Below, in pieces: positions 1 to 10,251 of a stretch of 64,000 bases of DNA. Location: contig JAACJG010000004.1 of the NCBI GenBank assembly GCA_009917695.1, positions 211,321 to 275,320 of the forward strand, in the 5' to 3' direction. The stretch's first letter is position 1, and the number at the start of each line of letters is the position of its first letter. The translations under genes and the position numbers were made by a program. The notes below the pieces were generated by a model, which ran no database searches, was not told where the DNA came from, and saw nothing but the letters and a program-made list of their open reading frames with translations. Origin of the DNA: Candidatus Rifleibacterium amylolyticum (GTDB lineage: Bacteria > Muiribacteriota > Ozemobacteria > Ozemobacterales > Ozemobacteraceae).

Positions 1-1
1 A

Positions 2-334
2 GCTTACAGCAACAGTATAAAGATTCAGGCCGGAGTTGCCGAAGAGCTGATCAGAGAACATGGCGCCGTGTCTGAGCCGGTTGTTCTGGCAATGGCGCAG
101 GCAGCCCGCAAAATGTTCAAGACTGACTGGGCTCTTGCTACGACCGGTGTCGCTGGCCCTGACCCGCTTGAAGGCAAGATGCCGGGAACAGCCTGGATAG
201 CCGTAGCCGGCCCGTCTCTCGAATGGTCGCAGCTGGTCGACTGGCCGGGCACGCGCCAGATGGTAAAGAACCGTATCTGTCGAAGTATTTTTCAGAGTTT
301 TTTCAAACTGCTCAAGGAAGAAAAGGCAAGATGA
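2..334 (+). CDS. cinA: Partial CDS (5' end lies outside the window). CinA C-terminal domain, PncC-type NMN amidohydrolase.
   Basis: The frame is open from window base 2. The translation ...VAEELIREHGAVSEPVVLAMAQAARKMFKTDWALATTGVAGPDPLEGKMPGTAWIAVAGP... matches the CinA/PncC C-terminal signature (TGIAGP, W(I/V)A). The TGA stop at 332-334 overlaps the thpR ATG. Confidence 0.65.
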   Translation, partial: AYSNSIKIQAGVAEELIREHGAVSEPVVLAMAQAARKMFKTDWALATTGVAGPDPLEGKMPGTAWIAVAGPSLEWSQLVDWPGTRQMVKNRICRSIFQSFFKLLKEEKAR

Positions 335-867
335 ACGAGACACTCAGACTATTTTTTGCAATCGAAGTGCCCGAAGAAACCCGCAACGAAATCGCCAAAT
401 TCGGCGAAATCCTCGACCGCAGCTGGAAACCTTCGCGATCACAGCAGCTTCACATTACACTGGCATTTATGGGCGAAGTTCCGCCCGGCGATCTGCCAAA
501 GGTTATTCAAGCCGGCGAAGAAGCAGCCGAAGAGCTAGCTGCGTTCAATGTTTCGATCTCTGAGACTGAGATTTTTCCTGAGTCGGGTGAGCCGCGCGTG
601 CTTTATGCAAAGGTCGATGGCGGCCAGCCATTTTTTGACCTGGCTAATAGTCTGCGCCAGAAGCTTGGCAATCTGGCCGACAATAAAAAGGTTAAACCGC
701 ATCTTACTCTGGCCCGCGCCCGTGGCGACAGACCAGCCCGCAAAGTACTGCGAAAGTTTAAGGGCAGCTGGCCGGTTGCCGATTTTGTGCTTTTTAAAAG
801 CACCCTCACGCCAGAAGGCGCCAAGCACGAGGTCATGCAAAAGTTCAACCTCAAGCCCGCCGCCTGA
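331..867 (+). CDS. thpR: RNA 2',3'-cyclic phosphodiesterase (2H phosphoesterase, LigT/ThpR family)
   Basis: Two H-x-T-x motifs are present (HITLAF and HLTLAR) and the protein is about 180 aa. The ATG at 331 follows an AAGGAAG RBS. The longer ORF starting at 223 has no RBS and overlaps cinA. Confidence 0.8.
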   Translation: MNETLRLFFAIEVPEETRNEIAKFGEILDRSWKPSRSQQLHITLAFMGEVPPGDLPKVIQAGEEAAEELAAFNVSISETEIFPESGEPRVLYAKVDGGQPFFDLANSLRQKLGNLADNKKVKPHLTLARARGDRPARKVLRKFKGSWPVADFVLFKSTLTPEGAKHEVMQKFNLKPAA

Positions 868-1054
868 TCTCATAAGCGAAAACTTTGAGCCAGGCAGTTT
901 TGACGCAAAGCTATAACTAATCACCATTACTCTGCCTGGTGAGAGTTGTAGCGTTGAGACCCTGCCGGAGCCCGTATATGCGGTATCCTTTAGCGGAATC
1001 GAAGATAAAAACACCCCGCTACCGGGTTGGTAACGGGGTGTTCTGCGTTAAGCT

Positions 1055-2389
1055 TTACTGGTTGAAGTTGGCGTCGTGCATGGCTTTGATGCGGTCGAGC
1101 GACTTCTTGGCTTCAGCGACTTTGCGCTTGTAGGGCGCGATGTATTCTTCGATGATTCTGGTGCGGTTCGACAGCAGGCTGTCGTAGTCGTCGCGGGCCG
1201 AGCGCACTTCATGTTCGTAAGGTCTGAGGTAGTCTCTGATAATGCGCTCACGATTGCGTCTGATATCCTGCAGCTCGCGGTTGGCATTTTCGAGGTTGCG
1301 TTTAGCGCGCTCGATTTCTTCGGGCGGAGTGGTAGTCACTTTGGACAACTCGTTGAGGCGATCCTGGGCGCGCTTTACGTTGTGCTCGGCATTGCGCAGG
1401 CGGTTTTCGTAGTCGCGGTCGGCGTCGTGGCGCGCGCGGCGCAGGCGGTCTTCGGCTCTTTCTATGTCGTCTCTGGCGCGGCGCACGCGGTCTTCAAAGT
1501 TGCGCTCGGCTGCTTCCCTCTGGCGGTCGAGGATTTCAAGAGCGACACGATAGTCATTCTGATGGCGCTCGACAATTGAGAAGCTGACGAGTTGGGGTGT
1601 TTCGTTGAGATCTTCAGAGAGCAGTTCGACGGCTTTGCGGTAGTCTTTGCTGGCCTGCAGGAAGTTGCTGTCATAGGCGTCGATAGCCTTGGTCAGATAG
1701 ACATCGGAAAGGCGCTTGAAGAAGTCAGGATAATCCTGGGGGCGTTGTGGGTAGTTGTATTGCTCGATAAGATCGAGGGCGGCGAGCTCGGCTGAGTTGC
1801 CAGCCCATGGTGTAAGGATTTCGAAGAGCCAGTAGACTGCTTCGCGCATGCTGCCGTCGAGTTTGTAGCAATCTACTACTTCGAGCAGATTGTTGTCGGT
1901 GCGGCTCATTTCGAGCAGCCACTTGATTGCCTGGTGATAATCTTTCTTGGCTTTGAAGCATGAAGCTATGCGGGCACGCACTTCATCTGTGCGGTTTTCG
2001 ACCTTGAGGTAATATTCGATGGCCTTGTCGTAGTTGCCATGCTTTTCAAAGGCATGGGCGACATCGAAGACCATTTTCTGAACCTGCTGGGCCGTCGACT
2101 TCATTTCGCTGTATTTTTCGCTGACCAGCGCTTCATTTTTTTCAATTTCTTTGTCGAGAGCTTTCTTTTTGCTGCCCTGGAACCAGCCGCTGGCGCCATC
2201 ATATTTCGAGCGTTCCTGCTGGAGTTTGTCGAGTCTGAGTTCGGGTTCGAGCAGTTGAGTTTCAACGCTGATCAGCTTCTTTTCGAGCTCTTCGATGTCC
2301 TTTTCTTCGGCAGCGCCGGCGATGAAAGGATTGATGGCCATGGTTACCGAAAAGATACCAGTTAAAATCAGATTTTTATTGATATTCAT
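1055..2389 (-). CDS. Secreted coiled-coil/TPR-like repeat protein (hypothetical)
   Basis: There is a signal peptide (MNINKNLILTGIFSVTMAINPFIAGAA). An internal ATG at 2389 sits behind an AAGGGAG RBS. The rest is a long charged coiled-coil region with TPR-like helices. No catalytic motif is recognised. Confidence 0.55.
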   Translation of the reverse strand: MNINKNLILTGIFSVTMAINPFIAGAAEEKDIEELEKKLISVETQLLEPELRLDKLQQERSKYDGASGWFQGSKKKALDKEIEKNEALVSEKYSEMKSTAQQVQKMVFDVAHAFEKHGNYDKAIEYYLKVENRTDEVRARIASCFKAKKDYHQAIKWLLEMSRTDNNLLEVVDCYKLDGSMREAVYWLFEILTPWAGNSAELAALDLIEQYNYPQRPQDYPDFFKRLSDVYLTKAIDAYDSNFLQASKDYRKAVELLSEDLNETPQLVSFSIVERHQNDYRVALEILDRQREAAERNFEDRVRRARDDIERAEDRLRRARHDADRDYENRLRNAEHNVKRAQDRLNELSKVTTTPPEEIERAKRNLENANRELQDIRRNRERIIRDYLRPYEHEVRSARDDYDSLLSNRTRIIEEYIAPYKRKVAEAKKSLDRIKAMHDANFNQ

Positions 2390-2412
2390 GTGTTTTTCTC
2401 CCTTCATCTCTC

Positions 2413-3426
2413 TCAGCGTGCGTCTACATATACGTCACCAAGATCGACCTTGCTGAAGTATACGGCGTTGCGCTGGCTGCCATTTTTCGACATTACCCAG
2501 ATTTCGGCGAGAGCGTTTTTGAGCTGCAGTTTCTTTTCGCCGGCTACGTTTTCGATGGTGCCGAGTGTGGCCAGTTCTTTATAGTGGTTTTCTGCCAGGT
2601 ATCTGGTCGGATCTTTTTCGACCACCGATTTATACCAGGAAAGCTCGCCCATTACACTGTTGCCAGAATTCGGGGCAATTTTGAAGTCTACTGACTTTTT
2701 GCCAGACCAGAAGCCGCCGGTGGTGATTCTTACCACGGCTTTCATATCGTTCTGCACGAGGTCGCCACCGAAGTGGCCGAGAATTGCATCAACCACGAAT
2801 TTGCGACCTGAGAAATAAAAGGTGTGAGTCAGGCCGTTGCTGTCGTCGCTGTTGTCTGAAAGGATACGGCAGTTATGTCTTGAGAAGATGTTCTTGAGGT
2901 TGTCGAGACGTCTGTTTTTATCGGTGTCGGTGAAGGAGATGACTGCTTCGACCACCGGAATATCGATCATTACCAGGCGGCGCTGGCGGCGGTTCATCAA
3001 TACTTCAGGATTGGCAGCGGCGCGTCCGCTCACGCTCAGGTTGATTTCGGGGGCTATCGCTGCGCTGCCCGATACAAAACCGGCTCTCTGCTGTAGAAGC
3101 TTTTCTACTCTGGCAACAGTATGGGCGTTCAGGTCGCTCTCAGCTGCGAATGTTGCGAGGGTGCTCTGGGCAGCAGTAAAATCTTCAGTTGATTCTATGT
3201 TGCTGATGATGTCGCGGATCGATCTCTCGGCTTTGTCAGCACGGTCTGCGGCGCCTTCGAATGCCTGTTTCTCAGCACTGTCAGCCTTTTCGCTGGCGAG
3301 ATAGGCGGCCTGAGAAATTGCTTCGGCATAATTCCCGAGACAATTGTTAAAATCAGCCTGATCAAAAGCGAAGGCTGAGAGAGAAACGAGTGTTAAGAAC
3401 AAAACCAGGGCGGTCTTTCGCAACAT
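2413..3426 (-). CDS. Hypothetical secreted protein
   Basis: A signal peptide (MLRKTALVLFLTLVSLSAFA) follows a GGAGGAAGG RBS; the chosen start is the ATG at 3426. No family is recognised. Confidence 0.5.
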   Translation of the reverse strand: MLRKTALVLFLTLVSLSAFAFDQADFNNCLGNYAEAISQAAYLASEKADSAEKQAFEGAADRADKAERSIRDIISNIESTEDFTAAQSTLATFAAESDLNAHTVARVEKLLQQRAGFVSGSAAIAPEINLSVSGRAAANPEVLMNRRQRRLVMIDIPVVEAVISFTDTDKNRRLDNLKNIFSRHNCRILSDNSDDSNGLTHTFYFSGRKFVVDAILGHFGGDLVQNDMKAVVRITTGGFWSGKKSVDFKIAPNSGNSVMGELSWYKSVVEKDPTRYLAENHYKELATLGTIENVAGEKKLQLKNALAEIWVMSKNGSQRNAVYFSKVDLGDVYVDAR

Positions 3427-3671
3427 ATCTTGTTTCCTTCCTCTTAAAAGTTTAAGGATGTGGAAATCAAAGCAATTTTTGTACCATTTCACAGAATGAC
3501 TGATAGCGCGAATTCTGTAAGACAGACCAATAATCTGCCCAATTTTCGGCAGTCTTTCTGCTAATTTTCAGCACTGCCATAACCTGTGACGCATAATGAG
3601 GCGGGGTTGCAAATCTGGAGGGTAAGCAGTATATTACGCCTTGAAAAATGTCTGCAAAAGGAAACAAAACA

Positions 3672-4658
3672 ATGATGAATAAATATCTGTCAATATGCCT
3701 GGTTATAGCTCTTCTGGCCGGTAACAGCCTGTACGCGCAAACACCAGCTTCGACCGCGAAACCTGCCAAAGCAAGCCCGGCCATTGAAAAATCTGCCAGC
3801 GGAACCGTTGATGTCAGCAAGATCGATCCGATCAAGCTTAACAATCAGATGATGATGGTTTTTATGGAAAGAATGAAAGCCGGGAATTATGCAGAAGCCA
3901 GAGAAATTGCCGGTCAGATGATCTTTGGTCATGATAAGTTCAGCTCTAATGAAACCAAAGAGTATAAGAGCTTTCACTCTCTCATGGAAAAAGAACTCTA
4001 CAGTCTGCTCGAAAATCGTCAGGGCAATAAAAAAGAAGTTGTGTGGGTTGAACAGCCAATATCTGACGGCTTTTACCTGCTGGCAATGCTTGATTTTCAG
4101 GAAGGCAAGCATGAGGACGCACTCGCCAATATGCAGCGTGCCGTCTATTGGAACCCTGTGCGCTCTGCTTTTTATTGTGAACGCGGTTACATGCTGTTGA
4201 GAAACAATACCAACCCGAATCCTCTTATGGCTCAGGTCGCTTATACTAAGGCTCTCGAACTGGCCGACAATCCGGAAGATTTTGCCGGCGCACTGCGCGG
4301 TCTGGCTTTTATTCTGCTCGAACGCCGTCAGCCAGATGTGGCGCTTGCCTGCCTGCTTGTCGCCAAAGAGTTCACGCCCGGAGAAAACGATGTCGAAGAA
4401 GAGCTCTTTTTTATCAGCCGCAACTTCCCGACTCTATACAATTCAATGGATGTCGCCAGCGCCCGTCAGACTCTCAAAAAGAATCGCATTCTCGATGACT
4501 ACGCACCGGAACATGTACAGGTGTTGCTGCGTCTGGCCGACAGCTTCAAGGATCCAAAAGATGCGCCACGCGTTATAAGCCTGCTGCATCGCGCCAAACA
4601 GATGGCCCCCAAAAATCAGGAAGTGAACCGCCGTATTCAGCTGCTCGAGAAGAAATAG
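3672..4658 (+). CDS. Secreted TPR-like repeat protein (hypothetical)
   Basis: The ATG at 3672 follows AAAAGGAAAC and is followed by a signal peptide (MMNKYLSICLVIALLAGNSLYAQ). Helical repeats follow (YWNP...AFYCERGYMLL). Confidence 0.55.
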   Translation: MMNKYLSICLVIALLAGNSLYAQTPASTAKPAKASPAIEKSASGTVDVSKIDPIKLNNQMMMVFMERMKAGNYAEAREIAGQMIFGHDKFSSNETKEYKSFHSLMEKELYSLLENRQGNKKEVVWVEQPISDGFYLLAMLDFQEGKHEDALANMQRAVYWNPVRSAFYCERGYMLLRNNTNPNPLMAQVAYTKALELADNPEDFAGALRGLAFILLERRQPDVALACLLVAKEFTPGENDVEEELFFISRNFPTLYNSMDVASARQTLKKNRILDDYAPEHVQVLLRLADSFKDPKDAPRVISLLHRAKQMAPKNQEVNRRIQLLEKK

Positions 4659-6116
4659 TTATTCGATGTTGATCGGGTGAGTGAAGCGATAGGGCAGGTT
4701 GCGCCAGATTTTCCAGACACCGTCTTCGCGACGCCATTCGACCACAGCCCTGATCGATCCCGAGTCGATGTCTATGCCCGGGATTAAGCTTATTACGCGA
4801 ACCTGAGCACTGCATCTGACCTTGGCTTTGCCAGACTCATAAAAATCGATCGAGTCGATCGAGTAGTTGGCCAGTTTTACATCCATGGCATTGAAGCGGG
4901 ATTGTGTGCAGCTGGCAAGATCAGTATAGGTGCTGTTCACATCCCAGTCATTACCAAAATTCTGCGATATGCGGCTCATGACGATGTCGAGCTTCTCAGT
5001 TGCCAGGGCAGCCTGTAGTTCGCGATGAGCATCGGCGATTTCACCCCACTGGCTGTCGGCATGCACTTCGGTCGGGTGGGTATCGCGATAAGGCATGTTG
5101 CGGTAAACTTTCCAGAAGTTGCCTTCTTTGCGCCAGACTGCATCAAAAAGGTAAGTTTTTTCGCGAACGATCTCTTCAGAGCGCAGGCTTTTGAGCTTGA
5201 TTTTAGCCTCAGTTCTCACCCTCACCATGTTTTCCGGCAAAAATTCGCTGTCTTTGATCTGCCAGCCGACTTCGGTGAAGGTAAAATCCTTGAAAAGTTC
5301 TGTGAAATGAGTGATGACGTCGTTCCAGTTTGAGGTCGTATCCCAGTCATTCAAAAATGATGGCGAAATATAGACCTTGAGAAGCTCTGTGTCCCCGCGT
5401 AAAAGGATATGTCGTAAAACACTGTTGGCCTCTTTTATCATGATTTCGCGCTCGAGTATCTGGCTTGCTGCTGTAGAGGCGGCATTTTTAACGGCTGCCA
5501 GTTCGAGAACGGTCTGCGGCACTGCCGTGTCAGGAAGCTGCAGACAAAGTTTCAGTGCTGTTACGACATCACTTACCAGAGTTTCGTATTCGCGCGCTCT
5601 GATATCGGCTGCCGTAAGGTTCTTGTCGAGGCCAAGGCCTTGCTGCCAGATCAGTGCTTCAGCAGTCAGCTGCAGATTCAGTTCAAGCTTGCTCAGGTCA
5701 CTGTAATAGAGGTCGTCAGGCGAAACTCGGCGGAGCAGGGCGATTTTTCCGGATTCTGCTCTGATCACAAGGTCTTCCGCAAACGGAACACGACTGAGCG
5801 AGTAACTCCCGGTTTTGTCTGGCCGGGAACTTACTCCACCTGCGGTTACGTTGAACGCAGAAAAGTCCGTGATTGCAGTCAGTTCAGGGCGAAGAGAACT
5901 CGCGAGATCGGTTTCGACAATTTCGGGCAGTTTGATCTGACCTGACAGCGTAAAGTGTTCTCCATCAGGCAGCGGGCTGAACCGCATGTCACCTTTGCCT
6001 GTGCAGCCGTTAAAAATAAGCATCATTGACAACAGAACCAGCGAATAGAAAGTATTGCCATAGCGCCGGCCTGGTTTGAATCTTTTCGGTTTATTCATAC
6101 TGTCAGAACTCATCAT
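4659..6116 (-). CDS. Lipoprotein with two NTF2-like/SnoaL-like (DUF4440-type) repeat domains (hypothetical)
   Basis: A lipobox-like signal is present (LLSMMLIFNGC). There is an internal duplication, ...GNFWKVYRNMPYRDTHPTE... and ...DGVWKIWRNLPYRFTHP..., that resembles paired NTF2-fold domains. The start is uncertain between 6116 and 6098. Confidence 0.5.
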   Translation of the reverse strand: MMSSDSMNKPKRFKPGRRYGNTFYSLVLLSMMLIFNGCTGKGDMRFSPLPDGEHFTLSGQIKLPEIVETDLASSLRPELTAITDFSAFNVTAGGVSSRPDKTGSYSLSRVPFAEDLVIRAESGKIALLRRVSPDDLYYSDLSKLELNLQLTAEALIWQQGLGLDKNLTAADIRAREYETLVSDVVTALKLCLQLPDTAVPQTVLELAAVKNAASTAASQILEREIMIKEANSVLRHILLRGDTELLKVYISPSFLNDWDTTSNWNDVITHFTELFKDFTFTEVGWQIKDSEFLPENMVRVRTEAKIKLKSLRSEEIVREKTYLFDAVWRKEGNFWKVYRNMPYRDTHPTEVHADSQWGEIADAHRELQAALATEKLDIVMSRISQNFGNDWDVNSTYTDLASCTQSRFNAMDVKLANYSIDSIDFYESGKAKVRCSAQVRVISLIPGIDIDSGSIRAVVEWRREDGVWKIWRNLPYRFTHPINIE

Positions 6117-6304
6117 AATATCTTTCGTCAGAATATCCTCAAGTCATGAGAGCCAAAAACAGACTCCCGGTTGATGACAACAAGTGCTTTATAAATGCAG
6201 ATTTAAGGCCGAAATTTTACGACTGCAGCTATTTGTGTTATGGTAAGACCATAAATATACGTAGCACCACAATGCAGGTGCAGGGTTTCCTATGGAGGCA
6301 TACA

Positions 6305-9300
6305 ATGGAAGAAAACGCAGTCAAGACCGTCAAACAATCGCGCGGGGTAATGTTCTATCTTAAGGTTCTGCTGGTTTTTATGCTGTTACTGGGAGCTTCG
6401 CTGGCGATAGGCCTGTATTATGTCTACCATCGTCTTACCACCGACAGCCAGCTTGAGAAAATCGTCGGCGAGAAAATAAGCGCAGCGACGGGTATGGAAG
6501 TAAACTTCTCGGGTATCGAGGTGTCGTTTCCCAATATAACTATCAGAGATATCAGGATTGCTACCAATTCGGCTGAACTGAAACTTGATGCAAATATCGC
6601 ACATCTAAGTGTAACCCCTGATTTTTTTGCCGCCCTGCAGGGTGAGCTGGTGCTTGATTCAATAGATGTTGCTTCTGGGATAACCAGGGTTGAGTTTCTA
6701 ACTGCAGAACCAGGCTCAGAGCCGGCTCAGGCTTCTGCTGCGAAGAAACCTCTGGATCTCGCGACACTCAAGCTGCCTTTTAGAAACGTCGGCATGAGCG
6801 ATCTCAGATTCAGCGTCAAGACTGCGACCGCTGAAAAGCCATATGAAATGATGTTAAAGAGTGCTGGAATCTCTCGATCGATGTTGTCGAGTACTCTTCC
6901 TTTCAATATTGACATAGATGTAATCTCAGTTGCTGCTGCCCAGGTCGAAGGCCGAATTTTATGGCCAGACAATATCAGCGCTTCGTTAAAGGTCGCAGTG
7001 GCAAATGTCGAAGAACTCAAAAAACTCGTGCCGGCGGATTATCAGAAGCATCTGGCTTTTGTTAAATCAGCCAGCACAAAGGCCGACGTTGAATACAATT
7101 TAAAGGACGGCTCGATAAAAGTGAGCGGCGGTCAGGTTGTTGTAGAACCTGGGATCAAAGCTGATGTCGGAGTTCAGGTCGCCAGCGTTTCTCCGCTCAA
7201 AGCCAATGCTACGTTCAAATTATCGCCCCTGCAGATCGATATGCTCTGGCCGATGGTTAAAGATTTTGTGCCGGCTGAACATGGCCTGTTGCTTAAAAAC
7301 GGTTCTGTTTCGGCAGAAGGCTCGGTTGTGCTTAACGCCGATGCTGCGCCGACAATAGATGTGAAGGTTGTTACAGAAAAGATAACGATAAGCGCTAAAG
7401 CTCTGCCTGAAGCCGTTCAGCTCGAACGTGGGCAGATCCGTTATAATGATGACAAAATAAGTTTTTCTGGGTTCTCGGCGAAAATCTCTGACTCACAGAT
7501 ACAGCTGGTCAGCGGCAGTCTTAAAATCGAACCGCTTGCCTTTTCTGGCGAAGTCAGCGCCGATGCCAATTTTGACAGTATCTGGAAAATGGTGTCTGGC
7601 TATCTCAGCGACGATGCAAAGAGAGTCACGCCTTCTGGAAAAGCCTCTTTCAAAGGCAATCTCGCCTATGACAGCAAGGGCCCGAAAATTGATGGAACTT
7701 TCGCTTCAGACCGTATAACGCTCAAGGAAAAGCAGACTTCGGCTCAGGCGACTGTTGAGAAGGTAAAGGTGCGCCTTGAAGGGCTGGGTGATGCGAAAGG
7801 AAAAATTCACGTCGAGAGCCTTGAGGCAAAGGGCGTTGGCGCACTGGTCAAGCTCAAGGGCGTTATGACCAACGCCGCCGACATCGGCCTCGATTTTTCG
7901 GCTGATGGCAATGTCAATATCGATGAATTCGCCAAAATTGGTGCCGGTTTATTTAAGTTACCGATCAAACCTGAGCAGTTCAAAGGTGAGCTGATTCTCG
8001 CGATGCAGGTTGGCGGTAAGCTCAGCGATATTAAGCCAAAGGGGCGCCTGGAACTCAAAAATGTTCACGCCGACCTGTCTGAGCGCGGTTTTGTGCTGGC
8101 GAAGCTGAATGGCGCTGCCAGCGCCGATCTCGACAAGCTTGTTCTCGACAAAGTTGCTGCCGAAATTCTCGGCGGCAAGGTTTCTATCAGCGGCACTCTG
8201 CAAAACTTCAAAAAGCCGGTTTTTGATGCCAGCCTTGGCATAACCGGAGCCGACCTCGGGCAGATCAGAGCAATGGTCGCCAGAAACTACCCGGAAATGC
8301 CCAAAGAACTCGAACTAAGCGGAAAGTCAGATTTGAATGTAAATCTCAAGGGTTCGCTCGAAAAACCTGACATAAATGGTGACGCATCTCTCAAAGGTGT
8401 AAGGTTTTTTCACCCGGCAGTGTTCAGGCCGGTAGAAAACATCACCGGCCCAATTAAAATCAGCAACAAAGGACTTACCACCAGTGGAGTAAGCGCCGGC
8501 TGGGGCACTTCCAAGGCCAATATCACCGGCGAACTCACTGACTGGGGTAAGCTCATCAGTAATTTCAAATTTGTTGTCAGCCCGCTTGACGCAACTGATG
8601 CTGCCGGATTTTTCCTGAAAGATACTGGTTATGTTTTTGATGGCAAAGGAACCGGCAGTGGCGCTATAACCGGGCCGCTTGAAAAGATCAAGGTTGCCGG
8701 CGTCGCTTCGGTTCCTGCCGGCCTGGTGACTGCCCAGGTTGCTGAAAAGGGTGAGACTTTCAAGTTTCCATTTCAGAAGCTGACAACCAGCTTTTCCTAC
8801 ACTGAGTCGGTGTTTTCGATTACCTCGGCTGAATTCAATATCTTCAGCGGTAAAGTTACGGGCAGCGGCAAGGTCTTTCTTGCTTCAGAACCGATCAAAT
8901 TTGAGTTTAACAGCAATATCGATAATCTGCTGACTCAGGAATTTCTTAAACAGAACACGAAATACCCGAACGTGCTTACAGGCGCCTTAAACGGCAGCTT
9001 TAACGGTCGCGGTAATACTCTGGGACTGAATGAGCTTAATGGCGACGCAAAGCTTGCCATGCCAAAAGGCACTTACAATTCACCTCCGTTCATTAAGCAG
9101 ATTGCTGACAAGCTGAATGCTCCACAACTTGCTTCTGGAACCATTGACAACGCTGCCGGCGACTATAAAATTTCAGCCGGCAGAATTAGTTCAAACAATG
9201 TGCTTGCCAAAGCAGGTGAAGACAGAGTAACTTTTGTAGGGTCGGTTGGTCTTGATACAACCCTCGATGGTGAAGCGAGATTTCTACTTAATCGCCAGAC

Positions 9301-9658
9301 AGCCTTGAAGAGTAACATTCTCAAAGAACTCATTGGCGATGAAGCATCAGTTGAAATCCCGGTTACAGTCAAGGGTTCGTTCATGTCGCCTTCGGTTGGC
9401 ATTCCGCTTGACCGCATGCTCAAAGATGCGGCGGAGCGTCGGGCGAAGTCGGCGGTGAAAAAAGAAGCCGGCAAGGTTCTTGACCGTCTGTTCGGTGGCA
9501 AGAAACAGCCTGCAGCGCAGACAGCAACGGCCACGGCTCCTGTTGCCGGAACGGCTTCCGCAACGGTACAGCCTGCTCCTAAGCCGTCACCGCAGAAGCA
9601 GATCGAGAACAAGATCAAAGATCTTGGCAAGGACTTGAAAAACATTTTTCGCAGATAA
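6305..9658 (+). CDS. AsmA-family / YhdP-like large envelope protein (N-terminal membrane anchor plus long beta-rich periplasmic region)
   Basis: The ATG at 6305 follows a GGAGG RBS. An N-terminal TM helix (FYLKVLLVFMLLLGASLAIGLYYVY) is followed by about 1100 aa of repetitive, beta-rich, Gly/Ser/Lys-rich sequence and a Lys-rich C-terminus. This architecture is typical of AsmA/TamB/YhdP-like proteins. Confidence 0.55.
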   Translation: MEENAVKTVKQSRGVMFYLKVLLVFMLLLGASLAIGLYYVYHRLTTDSQLEKIVGEKISAATGMEVNFSGIEVSFPNITIRDIRIATNSAELKLDANIAHLSVTPDFFAALQGELVLDSIDVASGITRVEFLTAEPGSEPAQASAAKKPLDLATLKLPFRNVGMSDLRFSVKTATAEKPYEMMLKSAGISRSMLSSTLPFNIDIDVISVAAAQVEGRILWPDNISASLKVAVANVEELKKLVPADYQKHLAFVKSASTKADVEYNLKDGSIKVSGGQVVVEPGIKADVGVQVASVSPLKANATFKLSPLQIDMLWPMVKDFVPAEHGLLLKNGSVSAEGSVVLNADAAPTIDVKVVTEKITISAKALPEAVQLERGQIRYNDDKISFSGFSAKISDSQIQLVSGSLKIEPLAFSGEVSADANFDSIWKMVSGYLSDDAKRVTPSGKASFKGNLAYDSKGPKIDGTFASDRITLKEKQTSAQATVEKVKVRLEGLGDAKGKIHVESLEAKGVGALVKLKGVMTNAADIGLDFSADGNVNIDEFAKIGAGLFKLPIKPEQFKGELILAMQVGGKLSDIKPKGRLELKNVHADLSERGFVLAKLNGAASADLDKLVLDKVAAEILGGKVSISGTLQNFKKPVFDASLGITGADLGQIRAMVARNYPEMPKELELSGKSDLNVNLKGSLEKPDINGDASLKGVRFFHPAVFRPVENITGPIKISNKGLTTSGVSAGWGTSKANITGELTDWGKLISNFKFVVSPLDATDAAGFFLKDTGYVFDGKGTGSGAITGPLEKIKVAGVASVPAGLVTAQVAEKGETFKFPFQKLTTSFSYTESVFSITSAEFNIFSGKVTGSGKVFLASEPIKFEFNSNIDNLLTQEFLKQNTKYPNVLTGALNGSFNGRGNTLGLNELNGDAKLAMPKGTYNSPPFIKQIADKLNAPQLASGTIDNAAGDYKISAGRISSNNVLAKAGEDRVTFVGSVGLDTTLDGEARFLLNRQTALKSNILKELIGDEASVEIPVTVKGSFMSPSVGIPLDRMLKDAAERRAKSAVKKEAGKVLDRLFGGKKQPAAQTATATAPVAGTASATVQPAPKPSPQKQIENKIKDLGKDLKNIFRR

Positions 9659-9670
9659 TCAGGAGGCTGA

Positions 9671-10027
9671 TTGGATAACAAGAATTTTACCCTCAACTTC
9701 AAGAGCTCGGGCAAAATCACGATAGTTGAGTTCAGTGGTTATCTTGCGGCCGGAGTCACCGAGGCTCTGGTGCCGAAGGTTGAGGCTCTTCTTGTCGAAG
9801 GCTGCCGGAATTTTCTGTTCGATTTTTCAGGTGTGACAATGCTTGAGAGCGCAGCAGTTGCCGGTATTCTGGCGACAACTGAAAAAATAGTTGATGACCG
9901 TCAGGGCTATCTCGCCTTCTGTAATCTCAATGATGTTTCGCTGCGGGTTCTTGAGATGGTTGGCGTTTTTCTCTATGCCGGCTGTTTTGATACACCCGAA
10001 CAGGCCATTGCCGAAATGACAGAATAA
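9671..10027 (+). CDS. STAS-domain protein (anti-sigma-factor antagonist, SpoIIAA-like)
   Basis: A TTG start lies just after AGGAGG. The protein is 118 aa with a STAS-like pattern (ITIVEFSGYL...GVTMLESAAVAGIL). It begins 12 nt after the AsmA-like stop. Confidence 0.65.
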   Translation: MDNKNFTLNFKSSGKITIVEFSGYLAAGVTEALVPKVEALLVEGCRNFLFDFSGVTMLESAAVAGILATTEKIVDDRQGYLAFCNLNDVSLRVLEMVGVFLYAGCFDTPEQAIAEMTE

Positions 10028-10251
10028 ATCGGAGCGAAAGTCGCTTAGATTGCGATGTATTCAGAGAGCTTCGGTGTCTGAAAATCGCGCTTAATTTTAG
10101 GCAGACCGCTGCTGAATTTTTGCTTATATTTGCCAGCGCTCTCCGAAAACCCTCTTTATTAAAGACTTTTTGTTGTGGTACGCGTTTTGCGTAAGTTAAA
10201 TGCGTTCTGATTTTATTATTTATTATTATTCAATGCGGAGGGAGCGACTGT

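Noticed and set aside
223-330. Upstream extension of thpR to the ATG at 223
   Set aside because: It would overlap cinA by 110 nt and has no RBS. The ATG at 331 has AAGGAAG and forms an ATGA junction with the cinA stop.
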